Source: Spirochaetota bacterium
Lineage (GTDB): Bacteria > Spirochaetota > UBA4802 > JAFGJZ01
NCBI GenBank assembly: GCA_016928815.1
Contig: JAFGJZ010000132.1
Coordinates: forward strand, 12,947-76,946
Length of the DNA: 64,000 nucleotides
Direction of reading: 5' to 3'
This document shows positions 1-9,986 of this stretch, piece after piece (the first letter of the stretch is position 1; each line of letters starts with the position of its first letter). Made by a program: the position numbers and the translations under genes. Below the pieces are notes generated by a model. It made no database searches. It saw only the letters and a program-made list of their open reading frames with translations, and was not told the origin of the DNA.

Positions 1-1
1 C

Positions 2-1369
2 TTATGTGTTTCTTATCTTCTCAAGAGTTTCGTTTATTTTTGTCTGAGGATATTTTAATAAAAAGACAAATCCTGCCAGAGAAAATCCTGCACCGAGAAA
101 TCCGGTCATTTTAACTCCCAACGGATTTGCTGCGTCTTTTCCGAAAATTCCCAGAATTGATGCTACCATCGCAACCGCTACTCCGTAGACAACTTTCATG
201 AAAAAGCCCTGTGTCCCGAAGAACATGGCCTCCCGGTTGACTCCTTTTTCATGACTGTCAACTTCCGCAATATCCGCTACCATCGCATTTGGAATTACCA
301 GAAGAATACCTATAGGATAACCGTAAAGAGCCATCTGGATAAGTGCAGCAGCCGTAGTAAAACTTCCGAACCGGTCAATAAAAAATGTAAAACATGAAAT
401 TACGGCAAAACTCAGAAGACCGCTCAGCATGACGGTTTTATTGGATGTTTTCGCGGACAAAAAAGCTATCAGCGGAAAGAAACATGCTGCTCCGGCAAAA
501 AGAAGAACCATTAATATTGCACTGAAACTTTCCTCTTTGTTAAGAAGAACTATCGGATAATATTTGAGAATGCTCCGGACAATATGAAATGTAGACCAGA
601 AAGATATTACTGCAATCATGTAAATTAAAAATGACTTATTTGTGACAGTTGATTTTACAGATTTCAGAACTCCGGCTGATGCCGGCTCTGTTATGTCTTT
701 TTTGCTCTCTTTTACGACAATGCCTCCGATAAAAAGTGAAATAAAGGCGAAAAGCGAGAGTGTGAGAATTGAATATTTAAATGAAGTCATTTTATCCGGT
801 GTTATGTTTTGGAAAATTTTCCAGAAAAGGTCACCGCCGATCATGGCTATTCCGGCACCTATTAATAAAAATACCGCCTGAAATGATGTAATGAAAATTC
901 TGTCATTATGATCCCTGCTGAACTCAGGAATCAGTGCGAGATAGGGAACCATATAATATGTATAGAAAAAGAAATAAAGTCCGAGTGTAACTGCGACATA
1001 AACCGCATTTATGGCGCTTATGTACTGAAAAGGAGGTGTAAATATGAGAAATGTACAAAAGGCAAACGGAAAAGCGCCTGTGAGCAGGAAAAACTTTCTC
1101 CTTCCAATGCGGAATTTGGCATTATCAGTCCAGTATGCTATCAGAGGATCCGAGATTGAATCGATAATTCTGCCGAATATGGTGATAATCCCGAGAATGT
1201 TAACTGCCAGAAAAACCGGCTTGCTGTTCAGCAGCTCGGGCAGTCCGCTTTCCGCCGGCGGCAGCATTAAATAAATCAGATAAAAACCGATGATATTATC
1301 GAGTATTGAAAACCCGGTACTTCCGCTGCAGTAGGTCAGTTTGCGCAGTTTTGAAATGTTAACACTCAT
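2..1369 (-). CDS. MFS-type glycoside-pentoside-hexuronide (GPH) family cation symporter, MelB-like
   Basis: 455 aa with about 12 predicted hydrophobic helices. The N-terminal motif DPLIAYWTDN...RIGRRKF resembles the GPH-family D-x-x-D/R-x-G-R-R signature. A GGAGG RBS lies 5 nt upstream of the ATG at 1369. Confidence 0.6.
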   Translation of the reverse strand: MSVNISKLRKLTYCSGSTGFSILDNIIGFYLIYLMLPPAESGLPELLNSKPVFLAVNILGIITIFGRIIDSISDPLIAYWTDNAKFRIGRRKFFLLTGAFPFAFCTFLIFTPPFQYISAINAVYVAVTLGLYFFFYTYYMVPYLALIPEFSRDHNDRIFITSFQAVFLLIGAGIAMIGGDLFWKIFQNITPDKMTSFKYSILTLSLFAFISLFIGGIVVKESKKDITEPASAGVLKSVKSTVTNKSFLIYMIAVISFWSTFHIVRSILKYYPIVLLNKEESFSAILMVLLFAGAACFFPLIAFLSAKTSNKTVMLSGLLSFAVISCFTFFIDRFGSFTTAAALIQMALYGYPIGILLVIPNAMVADIAEVDSHEKGVNREAMFFGTQGFFMKVVYGVAVAMVASILGIFGKDAANPLGVKMTGFLGAGFSLAGFVFLLKYPQTKINETLEKIRNT

Positions 1370-1517
1370 GAATTCCTCCGAATCGATAAAATTATGTTAA
1401 TTCTGAACAGTAAAAAGTCAAGAAAGAATATAAATGAAAGATTAAAGAAATTATGATTGCAATTAGCGGAACATCCTATGATTCTTAAATGGAATTATCT
1501 GCACCCGGAGGAATTGC

Positions 1518-2354
1518 ATGTTACTTTTAAAAAAGAATTCCGTAATGTTTTTAATGATTATAATATTGCTTGCAGCATGTAATTCCATATTCTATTATCC
1601 CAGCCGGACGGATTACAAACGGAAAATAACACAGCCGTATGAAGAAATTACGATTCTTTCGAAAAGCGGAAATAAACTTAACGGATGGTATTTTAAATCA
1701 CAGCAGAAAAAATCGAAGGGTCTTTTCGTTTTTTTTCATGGAAATGCACGGAACATAACTGTTCACTGGCGGTCTTTCAGCTGGATTACCGAAGCCGGAT
1801 ATGATTATTTTCTTTTTGATTACAGCGGATATGGTAAATCCACCGGTGTTGCCGGAGCCAGAAACATTTATTATGACGGGATCAGTGCATTGGATTATAT
1901 AATTCCTCTTCATAAGGACATACCGGACTATAAAATAATTATTTCTGCGATGTCTCTCGGAGGGGCTGTAATGCTTACTTCCGCAGCCGAATGCAGTTAT
2001 AAGGATTCCATCGATCTGCTTTTTGTTGACTGTACGTTTCCGTCATATAAAAAAATCGCGAAATATCATTATGGCAATTCCTGCATGCCTTTGAAAATTC
2101 TTCCTCCTTTTTTTATCAGTGACCGCTATGCGCCGGAAAAACATCTCGATCAGATTGCAGACATACCGCTTCTTATGAGTCATTGTTATGAAGATGAGGT
2201 TATTCCTTATTTTCTCGGTGAGGATTTATATTCGCAGCTTAAAAATCCGAAGACATTCTGGAAATTAAGCTGCAAACATACTGCCGGTTACTGGCGTAAG
2301 GAAAATCAGACTAAACTTATTGATTTTCTGGAAACGGTGAAAATACGGCATTAA
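1518..2354 (+). CDS. lipoprotein alpha/beta-hydrolase (esterase/lipase-like)
   Basis: Lipobox LLAAC after a hydrophobic N-terminus. Nucleophile-elbow AMSLGG (G-x-S-x-G) and an HGNARN oxyanion-like motif. GGAGG RBS. Confidence 0.55.
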   Translation: MLLLKKNSVMFLMIIILLAACNSIFYYPSRTDYKRKITQPYEEITILSKSGNKLNGWYFKSQQKKSKGLFVFFHGNARNITVHWRSFSWITEAGYDYFLFDYSGYGKSTGVAGARNIYYDGISALDYIIPLHKDIPDYKIIISAMSLGGAVMLTSAAECSYKDSIDLLFVDCTFPSYKKIAKYHYGNSCMPLKILPPFFISDRYAPEKHLDQIADIPLLMSHCYEDEVIPYFLGEDLYSQLKNPKTFWKLSCKHTAGYWRKENQTKLIDFLETVKIRH

Positions 2355-2363
2355 TTCCCGGTT

Positions 2364-3938
2364 TTAAATTTCCACTCCTACGCCGCAATAGGAGATTATT
2401 TCATGCTGATCATTCCCCTGTTCATTGAGAAAATTTTCAATATAACTGTAGTAAACCGATGTCTGAAAAGTGTAGCGTGTATAAAAAGGGATATTCAGCT
2501 TTGTTTTAACGGAACTTGTTCTTTCAATTGTGCCTGTTGGAAATCCCCTGTAGCCTGCAGTTCCGTCATAATAGGTTTTTCCAGTCTCTTCATCAAGGCC
2601 CATCCGTTTTTCACCTTTCAGAAGCTGATTGACTTCAACTGAAAAACTGAATCCGCTTTCCGCGAATACCTCATATTTAAGTCCGTAATGAATCAGATCT
2701 CCTCCGTATGCATAGCCCAGCGGTACATCGTAGTAATATGTCTGGCCTGCAATCCGCTGATACATGGACGTATAAGGCACATAGTCGATGTATGTCCATG
2801 AGTCAACATGTGCCGCTTCAATTGCTGCGGAATGCTTTAGTCCTGATGATGCCGTGAATACGTATTTTATTCCAAGCTGTTGTGCGAGTGCTGTCGGTTC
2901 GGCACTTCTTTCGTTTGAAAGTTTAAGTTCATTTATTACGAATTCTGAATATATCAGCAGGCCTCTGACAGGAACATAGTTAAGGTCAAGCATGCACATG
3001 TATTCACGGTGATTAACATCGTAGGTATTATGATAGAATGTAACCGGGTTGAGCTCATTGAATTCAGGAAATTTTCCGCCGACAACATTCATTTCGCCGA
3101 AACCGAGTTTGAAGTTTCTGAACGGTTTCCATTCAAGGCGGTGATAAATGAAGGTCTTCATGTGTTCCGCTTTGTATTCTTCTGTCGGATAGTAATTGTT
3201 GTCGATGCCGCCGACCTGGTTCTGAAGATTGAATTCCTCTTCAGTAAGATGCGAGTTGGATCCCCCGATCATATAGAAAAATTTAATCTTGTCCGTATAT
3301 ATTGAAAACTGCATCTGGTCATACCATGGTGCTTTACCGTTAAGAAATGTATTCCCGAGAAATCCCTCCCCGATACCTGTTTTAAACCGGCCTACTGACA
3401 GGCTTGCATGTTTCATTGCAAATGACAGATACGCTTCGGAAGGAGCTTCACCTGCCTCATAATAACCGGATGAAGCCGGAGAGTAGAATCCCGGTCCGGT
3501 AAGTTCGCCTTTTGAGTTTTTAACATAGTAGTTCGAAGAAATGAAGAACCAGTTTCCAAGTCCCATTCCGGCGGACGCTTCCGCAAAAGGCGGAAGATCA
3601 TAAACTGTGTAGAGAAGATCAGCCGGAAAAAATTTGTCATATTCGGAGTATGGCGTACGGAATGCAATAACTGAGGGCATTACTTTTAGGTTCAGATCTG
3701 TTGTAACCGTTTCCGGATCAGGAGCTTCTGATTTCTGCAGCAGATATGTGAATTCATATCTGGTTACGGTCTGAAGATTGGTAAGAGAAACCTCTCCGTC
3801 TGAGATGAGACTGATTTCCGTACTTTTGTATTCGATGCTGCTTTTACTTATAAGCGCTGATGCATTCTGAGCAGCTGCCGCATATATTGAAACAAGTATT
3901 GCGGCTGCTGAAGCGGCCAGATATTTATTAAAAAGCAT
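2364..3938 (-). CDS. secreted Tyr/Gly-rich probable outer-membrane beta-barrel protein (hypothetical)
   Basis: Start trimmed to the Met at 3938, which has an AAGGA RBS; the track's upstream Met has none. Signal peptide MLFNKYLAASAAAILVSIYAAAAQNASA. Alternating aromatic/Gly beta-strand-like composition. Confidence 0.4.
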   Translation of the reverse strand: MLFNKYLAASAAAILVSIYAAAAQNASALISKSSIEYKSTEISLISDGEVSLTNLQTVTRYEFTYLLQKSEAPDPETVTTDLNLKVMPSVIAFRTPYSEYDKFFPADLLYTVYDLPPFAEASAGMGLGNWFFISSNYYVKNSKGELTGPGFYSPASSGYYEAGEAPSEAYLSFAMKHASLSVGRFKTGIGEGFLGNTFLNGKAPWYDQMQFSIYTDKIKFFYMIGGSNSHLTEEEFNLQNQVGGIDNNYYPTEEYKAEHMKTFIYHRLEWKPFRNFKLGFGEMNVVGGKFPEFNELNPVTFYHNTYDVNHREYMCMLDLNYVPVRGLLIYSEFVINELKLSNERSAEPTALAQQLGIKYVFTASSGLKHSAAIEAAHVDSWTYIDYVPYTSMYQRIAGQTYYYDVPLGYAYGGDLIHYGLKYEVFAESGFSFSVEVNQLLKGEKRMGLDEETGKTYYDGTAGYRGFPTGTIERTSSVKTKLNIPFYTRYTFQTSVYYSYIENFLNEQGNDQHEIISYCGVGVEI

Positions 3939-4064
3939 AGACTGTATCCTTAATTTATTTTTTATATAATAAAACATAAATTAAGCCATTCAGTGCAAGT
4001 AATTTTTTATAATTCCCTGAATTTTGCAATACATTCATACTGGAAAAGCATTGCCTGAAATTTA

Positions 4065-5447
4065 TCATTCAAGATAAACGTTTTCAGTATCCGGAATTTC
4101 CAGATTTGAAGGAATGTCCTCCGGTTCAATAGCCAGAAGCGGTGAAATCTCTATATTTCTTACTTTTTCAGGGATTGCTATGTTTCTTTTCTGAAGCCAG
4201 CTGCGGTGAAGATTTGTCATAAGCTCCCGTGATGATTCAAGTGAATCAACTCCGCTCATGTTTTTTACCGGAGCAAATTCCTCCTCTCTGACAGTCTCAA
4301 GAGTTATCGTTTTACCTGCAAGGGGCAGCGCATCAAAAACGAATTTTTCAAACTTGACTCCGTCTATTTCCTTTATTCCGTCAGCGGAATATTTTTTGAT
4401 TTTTTTTCTGGCAATGTGAAAAGGAAGAGAAATGTCTTTGCCGGATGTTACTTTTTTTACAAAATCTCTTTCGAAAAGATGTATTGCAATGCTTCCGGCG
4501 GCATATTTGATCGTACCGTCGGGATTTTTTTCATGAGCTTTTTCGTCAGGAAGATCCGAATATTCAATTACACCGGTAGTGCCGTTGGCGAATTTTACGA
4601 AATTTCCGACCTTTTCAAGAGGGTCTGCCTTTATTAATGCTTTGTTTGAGACCTCTGCTTTATTCTGGACATGAAATCCGATGAAAACGGGATCAATTAT
4701 TTTAAGCGCCGGATTGTCTATCTGAAAGTAACTTATTGTTTCAATTCCTCTTTTTTCCATTTCCTTAATTGCACCGGAAGTATTTAATGCAATCAGACTT
4801 CCGCCGTGTCCGTCCGGATTCTTGAAAATGTGATTTTTATCGGAAAGAATGAGTTTCCCTTCAAGGTCCATTGACGGAATCATGTTCTGCGGAAACATAA
4901 TGACATCATTTCTGTTCATTCCGAAATAGTTGTTTTCTTCAAAGTGTTCAACTGTCATTGAATGATTTAATTGAGACGTCATGATGAAAAAGGGAATGGT
5001 AACATCATATTTACGGGAATATTTCAGAATTTTTTCAGTGTGAATCTGAAACAGAGATTTGTTTTTAACGGGACTCACCGCGAAGACCCCTTTCGGACCG
5101 TCGTATCCCAGACGGGAACCCTGGCCTCCGGCTACTACAAACGCGCAGGTTTTTCCTGCTTTAATATGTCTGATTCCTTCCTGCTTCGCATTTTCAAAAT
5201 CGGTCTTTTCAGCTTCGGTTGAAGGTGATTTTATATATGAGGCAGGTGAAAAATCCGTATCAGCTGCAATTTCATGTTTTAAGAGTTTAAACTGCTCCTT
5301 GCATTGGTCAAAATCAACGTCTTTAAGATCATTAAGAAGTTCCAGTTTTTGCTCTTCTGATAGTGTGTCCCAGAATTCAAAAACATGCTCCTGGTTATAT
5401 GAATATATTTTTTCGATTAAACCGTCATATCCGCTGAGTTGTATCAT
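4065..5447 (-). CDS. UDPGP-family UDP-sugar / UDP-N-acetylhexosamine pyrophosphorylase
   Basis: VVAGGQGSRLG nucleotide-binding motif and the QIDNP motif of the UTP-glucose-1-phosphate uridylyltransferase (UDPGP/UAP1-like) family. GGAGGAACAA RBS. Confidence 0.6.
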   Translation of the reverse strand: MIQLSGYDGLIEKIYSYNQEHVFEFWDTLSEEQKLELLNDLKDVDFDQCKEQFKLLKHEIAADTDFSPASYIKSPSTEAEKTDFENAKQEGIRHIKAGKTCAFVVAGGQGSRLGYDGPKGVFAVSPVKNKSLFQIHTEKILKYSRKYDVTIPFFIMTSQLNHSMTVEHFEENNYFGMNRNDVIMFPQNMIPSMDLEGKLILSDKNHIFKNPDGHGGSLIALNTSGAIKEMEKRGIETISYFQIDNPALKIIDPVFIGFHVQNKAEVSNKALIKADPLEKVGNFVKFANGTTGVIEYSDLPDEKAHEKNPDGTIKYAAGSIAIHLFERDFVKKVTSGKDISLPFHIARKKIKKYSADGIKEIDGVKFEKFVFDALPLAGKTITLETVREEEFAPVKNMSGVDSLESSRELMTNLHRSWLQKRNIAIPEKVRNIEISPLLAIEPEDIPSNLEIPDTENVYLE

Positions 5448-5905
5448 TTGTTCCTCCGGAAATAAAATAATAAACTTAGTAAAATGGAAAATGAATATTC
5501 GGCAATAAGAATTTATTTCATTCCGTAAAAAAGATTTTTTTTGAATTAATTATTATTAAAATGGAATTTTCATAATAATTTTTTATGCCGGGCTAATGTC
5601 GGATGTTCACTTTTCCGATATATACACTATCGGAAATTTAATAATTCCCGGGCAGCCCTTTACATAAGTCTGACGGTTCTGTAATTGCTGCGGTTTAAAC
5701 AGGCGGTCTGATTTGTGAGTATTGTAATATGTCGCATGCAGGGGAAATGATAAGTTCTTTTTTATAATAATTAATTTGCTAAAAAATAAAAAAAAATTGT
5801 TGCTTATATTGAAATTGCGGAGTAAAATAAATCGATTTATGGAATAGTGCGGGTAGGGAGACCTGCTGAAAGAATATTCAATACAAAAAAATAGGAGTAT
5901 ATGAA

Positions 5906-6694
5906 ATGAAATTCAATTTTAAAACAGTAATCGCTCTTGTGTTAATTACAGTGTTGACATCAGTTATAGGCGCTCAGGAAAATGCTGATAATAAAACATC
6001 TGACGGCAAGGTAGCTGTTAATCAGACTGATCCGGGATCTGAATATTCAGAAGCAGACAGACCTGAAGAAAATTATCTTGCACGTTTTCATGCGCTGGAT
6101 ACATGCACCAAGCTTGAAAAAAGAAACCTTGACAACATCTATATTCTGAATGTAATTACCCAGAATTTCAAAGCTGAAAATTCAGGATGGGAAGAGGATT
6201 ATAAGACTGTATATGAAGGTTACAAAAGCGCAATGGATCTTTATTACAGAAGAAACGTAATTTATGCGGCTGAACGTCTGAGATACAACAACAAACAGAT
6301 TAACGATTTCTATGAAAAAATTTCCGATAAATACCGTTCTGACTGTCTTGAAATTTTAAGTCTGTGTGCATCAAACATTCTTGAACTTACTCTTGATTCA
6401 AGAACAAAATCCGATCCTAATAAAAATAGAATTCTTTTTGACAACAAATCAAGACTGAGAATTGCTTATCAGAATCTTGACGATGCTGAAAGAGCGAGAC
6501 TTGATCAGAATTATTCACTTTCGCTTTTCAACTACCGTATAACTAAAAAATATGCAATTGATATTCTTGAATCGCTTGATCCTGAGCAGTACAAGAATAA
6601 ATATGATAAACATAAAGCGGATAACAGAAACAGAATCTGGGTTGATAAAAAAACCACAGCACCTGAATTTCAGTCTGATACTAAAACAAACTAA
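5906..6694 (+). CDS. secreted alpha-helical hypothetical protein
   Basis: Signal peptide VIALVLITVLTSVIGAQE. AGGAG RBS. No recognisable domain. Confidence 0.4.
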   Translation: MKFNFKTVIALVLITVLTSVIGAQENADNKTSDGKVAVNQTDPGSEYSEADRPEENYLARFHALDTCTKLEKRNLDNIYILNVITQNFKAENSGWEEDYKTVYEGYKSAMDLYYRRNVIYAAERLRYNNKQINDFYEKISDKYRSDCLEILSLCASNILELTLDSRTKSDPNKNRILFDNKSRLRIAYQNLDDAERARLDQNYSLSLFNYRITKKYAIDILESLDPEQYKNKYDKHKADNRNRIWVDKKTTAPEFQSDTKTN

Positions 6695-6762
6695 TATATT
6701 TTAACATGGAATTTTTTAAAAAAGGGGATTGATAATCCCCTTTTTTAATTATACGGGCGATA

Positions 6763-8121
6763 ATGAATTTATCCAGAATAATAAAAATCACCGCTGCAGT
6801 TATGGTTGCTGTTTTTTTCCTGACAAAGCCGTCACATTTCGGAGAAATGGAATTTCCGGTATATACCGTTGTAATAGATCCGGGGCACGGCGGAAGCGGC
6901 ATTGGTCCGATTGAAAAACACGGTGACAAGTTTGACACTGTTTCGGGAACCTATCTCCAACGTTATGCAGAAGGAGCTGGTTACGGAAAACTGCATGAAA
7001 GTGAAATCATGTACAGCATATCTGAAAAAGTCATAAAAATACTCAAACTTACAGAAACGGAAAAAGGATATAATCAGTTCCGCAGGATAATGCTGAAATA
7101 TGCAGCAGCTCCACCCAGACGTGTAATAATAAAAAGTTACTCCTCGCGAAACGAATCCATTAACACTTCGGATTTTGATGAAGATGAAGATATTAATGCA
7201 CCGTTCCGCCTTTATGATTTTCCTGATTCAGGCGGAAAAATGAATCATGGACGCATTTCATATATAAACAGTCTTAAGCCGCAGCTTGTAGTCTCGCTGC
7301 ATTGTGATTCAGATGCACCTGCTGACCATAGAGGAATTGCGGCAGTTGCGGTTCCCCCTTTTGAGTTTATGAAGAAAGCATTGTGGTTTATTGAAGACAG
7401 AAACCGCAGCATTGATTATTTCAGGAAAAGTCCATATAATCAATGGTTTATAGAGGATGACACCAGGTCTGCATTTCAATGGCATATTGATGATGCGGCT
7501 GCCTATTTTATCGGTTATGGACTGAATAAAAATTATTCCGTGAATTTTGATGATTTTAAGGGAATCAGATATAATATGACTGACTGGATATATAAAGATA
7601 CTCCAGGGTGGGAGCAGTCTTTCAGAGACGGGTCTGAAAAGCATTATGCGAAGACATTAACCGCTTTTGATTACACATCCGCTTTCTGGGAAAGAGAAAA
7701 ATCTGATTTTGAGAAATTCCGCAGGGACGGCGGGAGCGAAGGATACGGCGGCGATAATCTTTACGCATCCAATGAGGTAATAAGATTTATTCTTACATCG
7801 CTGAAAATGTCAGGAAATGATCATAAGGATCAGTATCAGGGAAATCCCTATTTTTCGACATGGAGCATCCCGTTATATATCAATGCGGTGTCAGCTTTTA
7901 TTGAGCTTGGTTATCTTAAAAATGAAAGATACAGGAAAATATTGACTGAAAATCAGGATGAAATTGCCGAAGGTATAAGTATGGCTGTATATTCCCTGGT
8001 CTCCGGGATGGAACTTAAGGATTTTGATTATGAATACGGTCCGAAAGGGGAAAGAATTGATTTTCAGAAGTATAATATCGGGAAAGGAAAAACATATTTT
8101 AATGTGGTTACCGGGAAATAA
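6763..8121 (+). CDS. N-acetylmuramoyl-L-alanine amidase-like (Amidase_3 family) with large insertions and a C-terminal extension
   Basis: The N-terminal VVIDPGHGGSG...ESEIMYSISEKVIKIL matches the Amidase_3 start IDPGHGG...E...A..L. A later VVSLHCDSD resembles the SIHADA motif. Secretion signal present. Confidence 0.45.
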   Translation: MNLSRIIKITAAVMVAVFFLTKPSHFGEMEFPVYTVVIDPGHGGSGIGPIEKHGDKFDTVSGTYLQRYAEGAGYGKLHESEIMYSISEKVIKILKLTETEKGYNQFRRIMLKYAAAPPRRVIIKSYSSRNESINTSDFDEDEDINAPFRLYDFPDSGGKMNHGRISYINSLKPQLVVSLHCDSDAPADHRGIAAVAVPPFEFMKKALWFIEDRNRSIDYFRKSPYNQWFIEDDTRSAFQWHIDDAAAYFIGYGLNKNYSVNFDDFKGIRYNMTDWIYKDTPGWEQSFRDGSEKHYAKTLTAFDYTSAFWEREKSDFEKFRRDGGSEGYGGDNLYASNEVIRFILTSLKMSGNDHKDQYQGNPYFSTWSIPLYINAVSAFIELGYLKNERYRKILTENQDEIAEGISMAVYSLVSGMELKDFDYEYGPKGERIDFQKYNIGKGKTYFNVVTGK

Positions 8122-9400
8122 ACATCTCAAAGCAATTAGTATTATTTTTTTCATTTTACTGCTTCCGGGTTCATTGCTGAATGCGGAAAATTTCGAGTAT
8201 GCTGCAGGAACCGCTACAAAATCTGTAATATATATTTCAGTATTTCAGAAAATAAGTACTTCTGAAGGGGTAAAATATTCGAAGATCGGTTACGGTTCAG
8301 GTACTATAATCAATCAGAACGGTTTTGTGATTACAAATAGCCATGTTGTTAAAGGCGGTGAGTATTTTCAGGCGATGCTGTATGACGGAACAGAGTGTAC
8401 TTTTGAAAAAATTAATGGCAGATTTTATATAAGTGATTCAGCAACCGATTTATCGGTGATGAAACTTGAACAAAAGGACGGCAGAAAATTTATTCCGATT
8501 TCCGCAGCATCAAGTGACAATCTCAAAGCAGGACAATGGGTGATAGCAGTAGGAAGTCCATACGGTCTGAAAAATTCAATTACTTCCGGTGTAATATCCT
8601 CCGTCGGAAGATATGATGTCGGATTTACTGAAATAGAGGATTTTATCCAGACTGATGTTCCCATTAATCCCGGAAACTCCGGAGGACCGCTGGTTAATCA
8701 GTCCGGTGAAATGATAGGTATTAATACCGCGATTAGAACCGTATCCGGCGGATTTCAGGGAATAAGTTTTGCGATTCCATCAAATATGGTTATACGTGTT
8801 TTTAATGAAATCATTACTTTCGGTAAAGTCCGAAGGGGCTGGCTGGGGCTTCTTGTGAAAAATGAATTTATTGACAGTGAATCCGGAAATTATGATGTGC
8901 GTGTGGTTTCCGTTATCGAAAATTCACCGGCACAGAAAGTCGGTATTAAGGAAGGCGATATCGTACGTGAAATTGACGGTGAGATTATTAATAGCAAGGG
9001 TGAAATGCTGAAAATTGTCAAAAACAGTCCGGTTGGAAATTCTCTGGAAATGGTTATAGATAGAAGCGGAAAAATAAAGTCATATAAAATAGGTCTGACT
9101 GAAAAAAACAGTTATTTGAAACATGGTAAATCGAGAGAAATTATCATGGAAAAATACGGACTGGAATTTGATACTGATTCAAATAAAAATCTTGTTGTGG
9201 TTACATATGTATCTCCTTTCCGGATTGAAATTCACAGGGATATGCTAAATACCGGTGACATAATTCTGTCCGTAAACGGCAGCAGGATTAAAAATATTGA
9301 TCAGTTTTATAATGTTGTTGATAAATCATCATATAATATTTATGGTGTAGAAATTCTCCGGAATAGCAGCAGGATAGGAATCAGGTTAAATGACAAATAA
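8102..9400 (+). CDS. htrA: HtrA/DegP-family periplasmic serine endoprotease with PDZ domain(s)
   Basis: Trypsin-like triad context TNSHVV, DLSVMKL and GNSGGPL. PDZ-like C-terminal half. The track ORF begins at TTG 8024; alternatives are ATG 8030 and ATG 8102. I chose 8102 because it gives a canonical signal peptide, MWLPGNKHLKAISIIFFILLLPGSLLNAEN. It overlaps the upstream gene by 20 nt. Confidence 0.8.
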   Translation: MWLPGNKHLKAISIIFFILLLPGSLLNAENFEYAAGTATKSVIYISVFQKISTSEGVKYSKIGYGSGTIINQNGFVITNSHVVKGGEYFQAMLYDGTECTFEKINGRFYISDSATDLSVMKLEQKDGRKFIPISAASSDNLKAGQWVIAVGSPYGLKNSITSGVISSVGRYDVGFTEIEDFIQTDVPINPGNSGGPLVNQSGEMIGINTAIRTVSGGFQGISFAIPSNMVIRVFNEIITFGKVRRGWLGLLVKNEFIDSESGNYDVRVVSVIENSPAQKVGIKEGDIVREIDGEIINSKGEMLKIVKNSPVGNSLEMVIDRSGKIKSYKIGLTEKNSYLKHGKSREIIMEKYGLEFDTDSNKNLVVVTYVSPFRIEIHRDMLNTGDIILSVNGSRIKNIDQFYNVVDKSSYNIYGVEILRNSSRIGIRLNDK

Positions 9401-9845
9401 AAGAAAAATTTTCATGATTGTTTCAATGTTCATTTTATCGGCAGTTATAACAAATGCTTCAGCACAGCCGGCTGAGTACTCGATTGTCAGAATAGATGAT
9501 GCTTTTGTAAATAAGGTACTGCAGGCGGCACCTATTGAAAGAGATGAATTTATTGATACCTATCTTGAAAAGCTGGTATTTACGAGAGGTTACGTCGAGC
9601 GCGTAGTTAAAAAAAACATCTATAAACAGACATACTGTATTGAACTTATCGACAGTCTTAACAGCAGCCGGATGAACTTTAAATATCATCTATATACTGA
9701 AAATAAGGAATTTACAACTCTTCTTGAAAAAGGTGACCTGTTTGAATTCAAGGGACAGTTTGTGATGTATACCCCTGTTTCTCTGAAAAAGGATATTTAT
9801 ATTTTTGATATAATTCTGCAAGACGGAGCTCTTGTTGTTGAATAA
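9390..9845 (+). CDS. small secreted hypothetical protein
   Basis: Signal peptide MIVSMFILSAVITNASAQP. Overlaps the htrA stop by 11 nt, which suggests co-transcription. Confidence 0.35.
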   Translation: MTNKRKIFMIVSMFILSAVITNASAQPAEYSIVRIDDAFVNKVLQAAPIERDEFIDTYLEKLVFTRGYVERVVKKNIYKQTYCIELIDSLNSSRMNFKYHLYTENKEFTTLLEKGDLFEFKGQFVMYTPVSLKKDIYIFDIILQDGALVVE

Positions 9846-9986
9846 AAAATCCTCCCTGTTGACGTTTTAGCCGTTTGATGTTATTTTTATATGGAAAAGC
9901 TTCTTTTCCCTGAAACCGGATCAAAATTATTTTACATATTTCTAGGACCGGACTGAATTTTACTGAAGATTGAATGGAGATTTTTT

